From positions 1-62,544 of the forward strand of contig JBEGTL010000001.1 of the NCBI GenBank assembly GCA_041179425.1: a stretch of 62,544 nt of DNA. The letters are read 5' to 3'. Position 1 is the stretch's first letter. Every line of letters begins with the position of its first letter. The notes beneath the pieces are model-generated. The model was not told the DNA's origin. It was given only the letters and a program-made list of their open reading frames with translations, and did not search any database. The stretch is from Pseudomonadota bacterium (lineage in GTDB: Bacteria > Myxococcota_A > Polyangia > Polyangiales > DASUME01). Both the position numbers and the translations under genes were made by a program. Shown in pieces: positions 60,301 through 62,544 of the stretch.

Positions 60301-61407
60301 CAGCACGAGCTCTGCGCCCGCGTACGGTCGCAGCGCGCGCGAGCCATCCAGGCTGAGCGTGAGCGCACCCTCGAGCTGCGCCAGCACCGCCAGCTCTTGT
60401 AGAAAACGCGTGCGCCCCACACCTTCGTCGCCTTCGATGGCGAGCACCCGGCCCTTGCCCTCGCGGGCCGTGCGCAGCGCCTCGCTGAAACGTTCGCGCT
60501 CGCGCTTGCGACCCACGAACGCCTTGCTCGCGAGGTACCCTGCCGCTGCCTGCTCGGTGGCCTCTGGCGCCAGATCTGCCAGCGTGTTGAGGCGATCGAT
60601 CAGCTCTACGGTACTGCCGGGGCGCTCGGTGGGGTCCACACGCAGCAGTGCGCCGAGCAGGTCGTCCAGCTCGGCAGGAGGCGGCTCGAGCCGATCATTG
60701 GCGGCCATCGCGATCAGCGACGAAGGGGGCACCGGATCGCGCTCCCACAGCTGAGGCAGATCGTTGAGCGTCCGCGCCGGGAAGGCGTTGGCGCCGGTGA
60801 TCAGCCAGTAGCCGAGCGCGCCGAGCGCAAACAGATCGGAGCGTTGATCGAGCGGCGAGGTGCGCAACGCTTCGGGCGAGACGAAGGGTGGGGTACCCAC
60901 CACGTCCAGCGGGAGACCGAACTCGGCCAGCGCACCGAAGTCGATCAGCTTCAGCAGGCCGCTGGGCGTCTCGATCAAATTGCGCGGACTCAAGTCGCGA
61001 TGGAGCAGACGACGCGCGTGCAGCAAGCCGAGGATGGACGCGGTGTCGCGCAGGTAGCGGCAGGCGGTGCGCCACGGCAGCGGCGCGCGCGTGCTCAGGT
61101 CGCGGCCCTCCACCAGCTCCATGGTGTAGTAGGCGCCTTCGCTGTCGGTTCTGTAGTCGTACACCTCCACGATGTTGGGATGGCGCAGGCCAGCCAGCGT
61201 GCGGTACTCGCGCTCGAACAGCGCGTTCGCTTTGTCGCGCGCGCTGCTGTGCAGCCGCTTGAGCGCGAGCTGCGCGCCGTTGGTCTTGTCGACCACCGCG
61301 TATACGGCGCCCATGCCACCCTGGCCGAGCAATCGCCCGACCTCGTAGCGGCCCCCAACTATGCACGCGGAGGCCTCGCGACGAGGCGCCACCGAACTTT
61401 GAGCCAT
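57322..61407 (-). CDS. Ser/Thr protein kinase fused to a STAND/AAA_16-type NTPase, TPR-like helical repeats and a C-terminal GAF domain
   Basis: Kinase motifs are GQGGMGAVY, LALKRL, HRDLSPRNL and DFG. The P-loop-like motif is IEGDEGVGRTRF. A long helical region follows, then a GAF-like end (...VAPLWARQDGQDQVVAALVLGFDNRVPRMPEPAVLRAIASHIV). ATG at 61407. Confidence 0.9.
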   Translation of the reverse strand: MAQSSVAPRREASACIVGGRYEVGRLLGQGGMGAVYAVVDKTNGAQLALKRLHSSARDKANALFEREYRTLAGLRHPNIVEVYDYRTDSEGAYYTMELVEGRDLSTRAPLPWRTACRYLRDTASILGLLHARRLLHRDLSPRNLIETPSGLLKLIDFGALAEFGLPLDVVGTPPFVSPEALRTSPLDQRSDLFALGALGYWLITGANAFPARTLNDLPQLWERDPVPPSSLIAMAANDRLEPPPAELDDLLGALLRVDPTERPGSTVELIDRLNTLADLAPEATEQAAAGYLASKAFVGRKRERERFSEALRTAREGKGRVLAIEGDEGVGRTRFLQELAVLAQLEGALTLSLDGSRALRPYAGAELVLTQWFRTLPEPTRAATAPHASVLAHVSPALRELLGVGRLSQLAESAADERVRLQSALLEVFSSLVRERFTVLLVDDLQAIDEESQALFAALAHGVASLRLCLVTSLVRDPQRELSPAITSLRGQATRLRLLPLSAAETYELLHSVFGDAPYLDRLAERLQRNSEGNPAYCLELAQHVVHSGLARYVEGGWVLPTELDADSLPRSRQAGLLTRLERLPTAARLLAQQLSVPHSGNWTLEQASAASALAPDQLHPLIEVLERAGVLRGDDSIGYSTTHQDLREALHGELATSERLAVHARVGRMLLASGDSHEPLGQLRACAHLTRARELAAAYAPLNRAMTVYAGGDLAIVARDAAMLEEVYLLLRDAGADYYVLCGPLSILAVAGYVANRRYAERYGDLALTTQQRVLRLPMARALTPWLGKKLSMIVALVVAGFSLAVRKKRALPLAHQVRAMMTAVSTLTCTAAVCIDPDRAARYAELLEPLTIFGSDHSTSVVYDFSKLLETEVRDHPARSVREVRALMVRLQAPIREFPDQVRRSYQAGCLFALGVIECWRDSTDVLAIADELEHFGPMFAMVAEHLRKSHFAGQGDTERAEACRQRMEVHAVQLGSAWQVESWAPADSTKLALRTHDASVMKRAVQELSRLSAEIPSLHVQERAARVAYLVLRGKYAQAIELSDAGPVDERYGAVGWWRSRGVLARAHNELGQHEQARAICLDAMSELEPDDLKYVAMGLNAPIELALAEAGLGRLALAREQLAKLLADNEPNQSALTLGSLHDALARVALIGRDFATAHSELEQTQALLKPLGIPSLIERCRALGRQIDRAENPNGVTLDSDGALLDNVNHLMTRVQLMLNQHAETQVGERATRCLQVALELSTADEGFVVLAGSEGEPAAHLGNDSPERELVLWAEQNLLDADVDEQTVMTEDVNSQIDSNYKVVGNKRYCVAPLWARQDGQDQVVAALVLGFDNRVPRMPEPAVLRAIASHIVAS

Positions 61408-61508
61408 CAAACCCCCCGCTCAACTACCGAACCCGTGCGGGCGCGCGTCAATGGACGCGTTTGAGAGCAGTGTCCTCGCGTTGCGGTGAATGTCGGCGCG
61501 AGTGCGCC

Positions 61509-61623
61509 TCAGGCGACCCGGTGAGTGGCGATCGCGTGCAGCAGGTGCGGCTCGGGAATACGTGGCACGCGGTTGTCGAAGCCGAGCATCGGTGCACGCG
61601 GATGGCTCCGCGCTCCGATTTCC
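61509..61623 (-). pseudogene. relic of a paralogous GAF-domain C-terminus
   Basis: (P)MLGFDNRVPRIPEPHLLHAIATHRVA* parallels the last 28 residues of the intact kinase. The DNA is also similar (61517-61585 vs 57334-57402). A stop lies 11 codons upstream of the Met. Confidence 0.55.
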
Positions 61624-62201
61624 TAGGTCCGGTGCAGGATGCCGTCGACCCTTTGACGACCGCCTTGAGTTCTTCACCCGCAACGTCCAGGGCCCTGTCG
61701 TCCGCCCGGCCAAGATGCGGGGTCGCGAGCACCAGGCACACGCCGATCCCCCACCAGGCACCACGCAAGCCCGAGCCCGTTGTGATGGCAGTCCGTACAA
61801 AACGCAGAAGATCCTGCACTGCAGGACGCCCGACGCCGCGATGCTACGAAAGTCCCGACTTTCGACCGATCCAACATGCGCCTCGCGACCAAGTTCATCG
61901 CTGCGCAGCTCAAGTCCACTGGCCGTTGAACGCGCTTTGTGAGCCGGGGCCCGGTAAGGCTGAGGCCCGCGTCCCGGGTCTCGGCCATGGCGCTCGCGCA
62001 TGTGCTCGTTATCCGCGGACTTTCGGCGGCAGGTGAAGAGGCGAACAGTGTAGGCACTTGTCTGCATCTGACGCCTGCGGCAGAGTAGCGGTTCAACGCA
62101 GCTCGGAGCCGGTTGTACGTGCCCGAGCGATGGATCTTCGCTCGCGCGCCCGAGGGCGCGCTTCGACAGCCCTGACCCCCCGGGGCAACCGAGGTGACTT
62201 C

Positions 62202-62468
62202 GTGAGCACTCGCTATCCACGAATCCGTAGGGCGTATGCCGGTGCTGCGCTTGTCCATGCGCTCGACCGTGTCGATGCGCTGGCGCACTCGGATGGACTG
62301 ATCCATCTGGTCTTGGTCCGATACCTGGACGTGCTCGAAGCGGCGCTGGGCGATCAACGCGAGTCAGGTGCGACCCGCCCGCTGTTGCATCGTGCTTTGG
62401 AAGCCGTCCACGAAGCGCTCGACACCTTCGGCCTACTCGAGCCCGAGGGAGCGTATCGGCTCAACTGA
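62202..62468 (+). CDS. small hypothetical protein (weak call)
   Basis: GTG start, 88 aa, helical-looking (ALVHALDRVDALAHSDGLIHLVLVRYLDVLEAALGDQ...). Wobble GC is clearly lower than in neighbouring genes. Confidence 0.3.
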   Translation: MSTRYPRIRRAYAGAALVHALDRVDALAHSDGLIHLVLVRYLDVLEAALGDQRESGATRPLLHRALEAVHEALDTFGLLEPEGAYRLN

Positions 62469-62544
62469 GAGCTCGGTTGCGGAGCACGCTGGTTGACGAA
62501 CCGCCGTGCAGATTGTCGTCGAGACGACGCCCACGTTGCCGCCC

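Noticed and set aside
61563-61577. TGGCACGCGGTTGTC, a sigma-54 promoter-like sequence
   Set aside because: The -12 element is TGTC/TTGT rather than TTGC. It lies on the + strand with no gene downstream. The near-identical sequence at ~57390 is inside the kinase coding region, so it reflects the conserved peptide NRVPR rather than a promoter.

Overview
Very GC-rich window with mostly G/C wobble positions and many long antisense shadow ORFs. It is most likely a chromosomal segment of a myxobacterium. Supporting traits are a MYXO-CTERM-like sorting tail, a giant Ser/Thr kinase next to a sigma-54 activator, and FG-GAP lipoproteins. I support about 50 protein-coding genes. I recognise no rRNA, tRNA, CRISPR array, transposase or integrase.

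Gene content, left to right:
- 1-10 kb: housekeeping and envelope genes. These are a DUF998 protein, an anti-sigma-like gene with a truncated ECF sigma, alkB, a HAD phosphatase, a metzincin, an HPt protein and a membrane sulfatase-like protein.
- 10.3-14.4 kb: two convergent operons encoding a RibD-C reductase, a GT-B glycosyltransferase, a CDP-alcohol phosphatidyltransferase, a variant PTPS/QueD-fold protein and an MDR dehydrogenase.
- 14.5-19.8 kb: small conserved genes, then a frame-broken FG-GAP lipoprotein with a Cys-rich repeat tail.
- 19.9-28.4 kb: a PAS hybrid histidine kinase, a 1329-aa fusion of an IDO-like dioxygenase with a FAD/NADPH reductase and cytochrome b5, and a REC-GGDEF-HDOD protein.
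- 29-50 kb: an accessory island of lipid/hydrophobic-metabolite tailoring and export genes. It holds three paralogue pairs (FAD oxidoreductases, methyltransferases, LMF1-family membrane proteins). It also holds a DUF2156 aminoacyl-lipid synthase-like gene, a MacB-type ABC exporter, an SMR pump, a molybdopterin oxidoreductase, a P450, an O-methyltransferase and an SRPBCC protein.
- 50.3-56 kb: a roughly 1900-aa serial hydrolase (S8, alpha/beta-hydrolase-like, M23-like, PG-binding, GH19-like) whose frame breaks at a G8 tract.
- 56-61.4 kb: a sigma-54 activator and a 1361-aa STK/STAND/TPR/GAF kinase, flanked by relics of paralogous copies.

Limits: all family calls rest on motifs recognised by eye. 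Start codons are approximate, and nothing was searched against databases.
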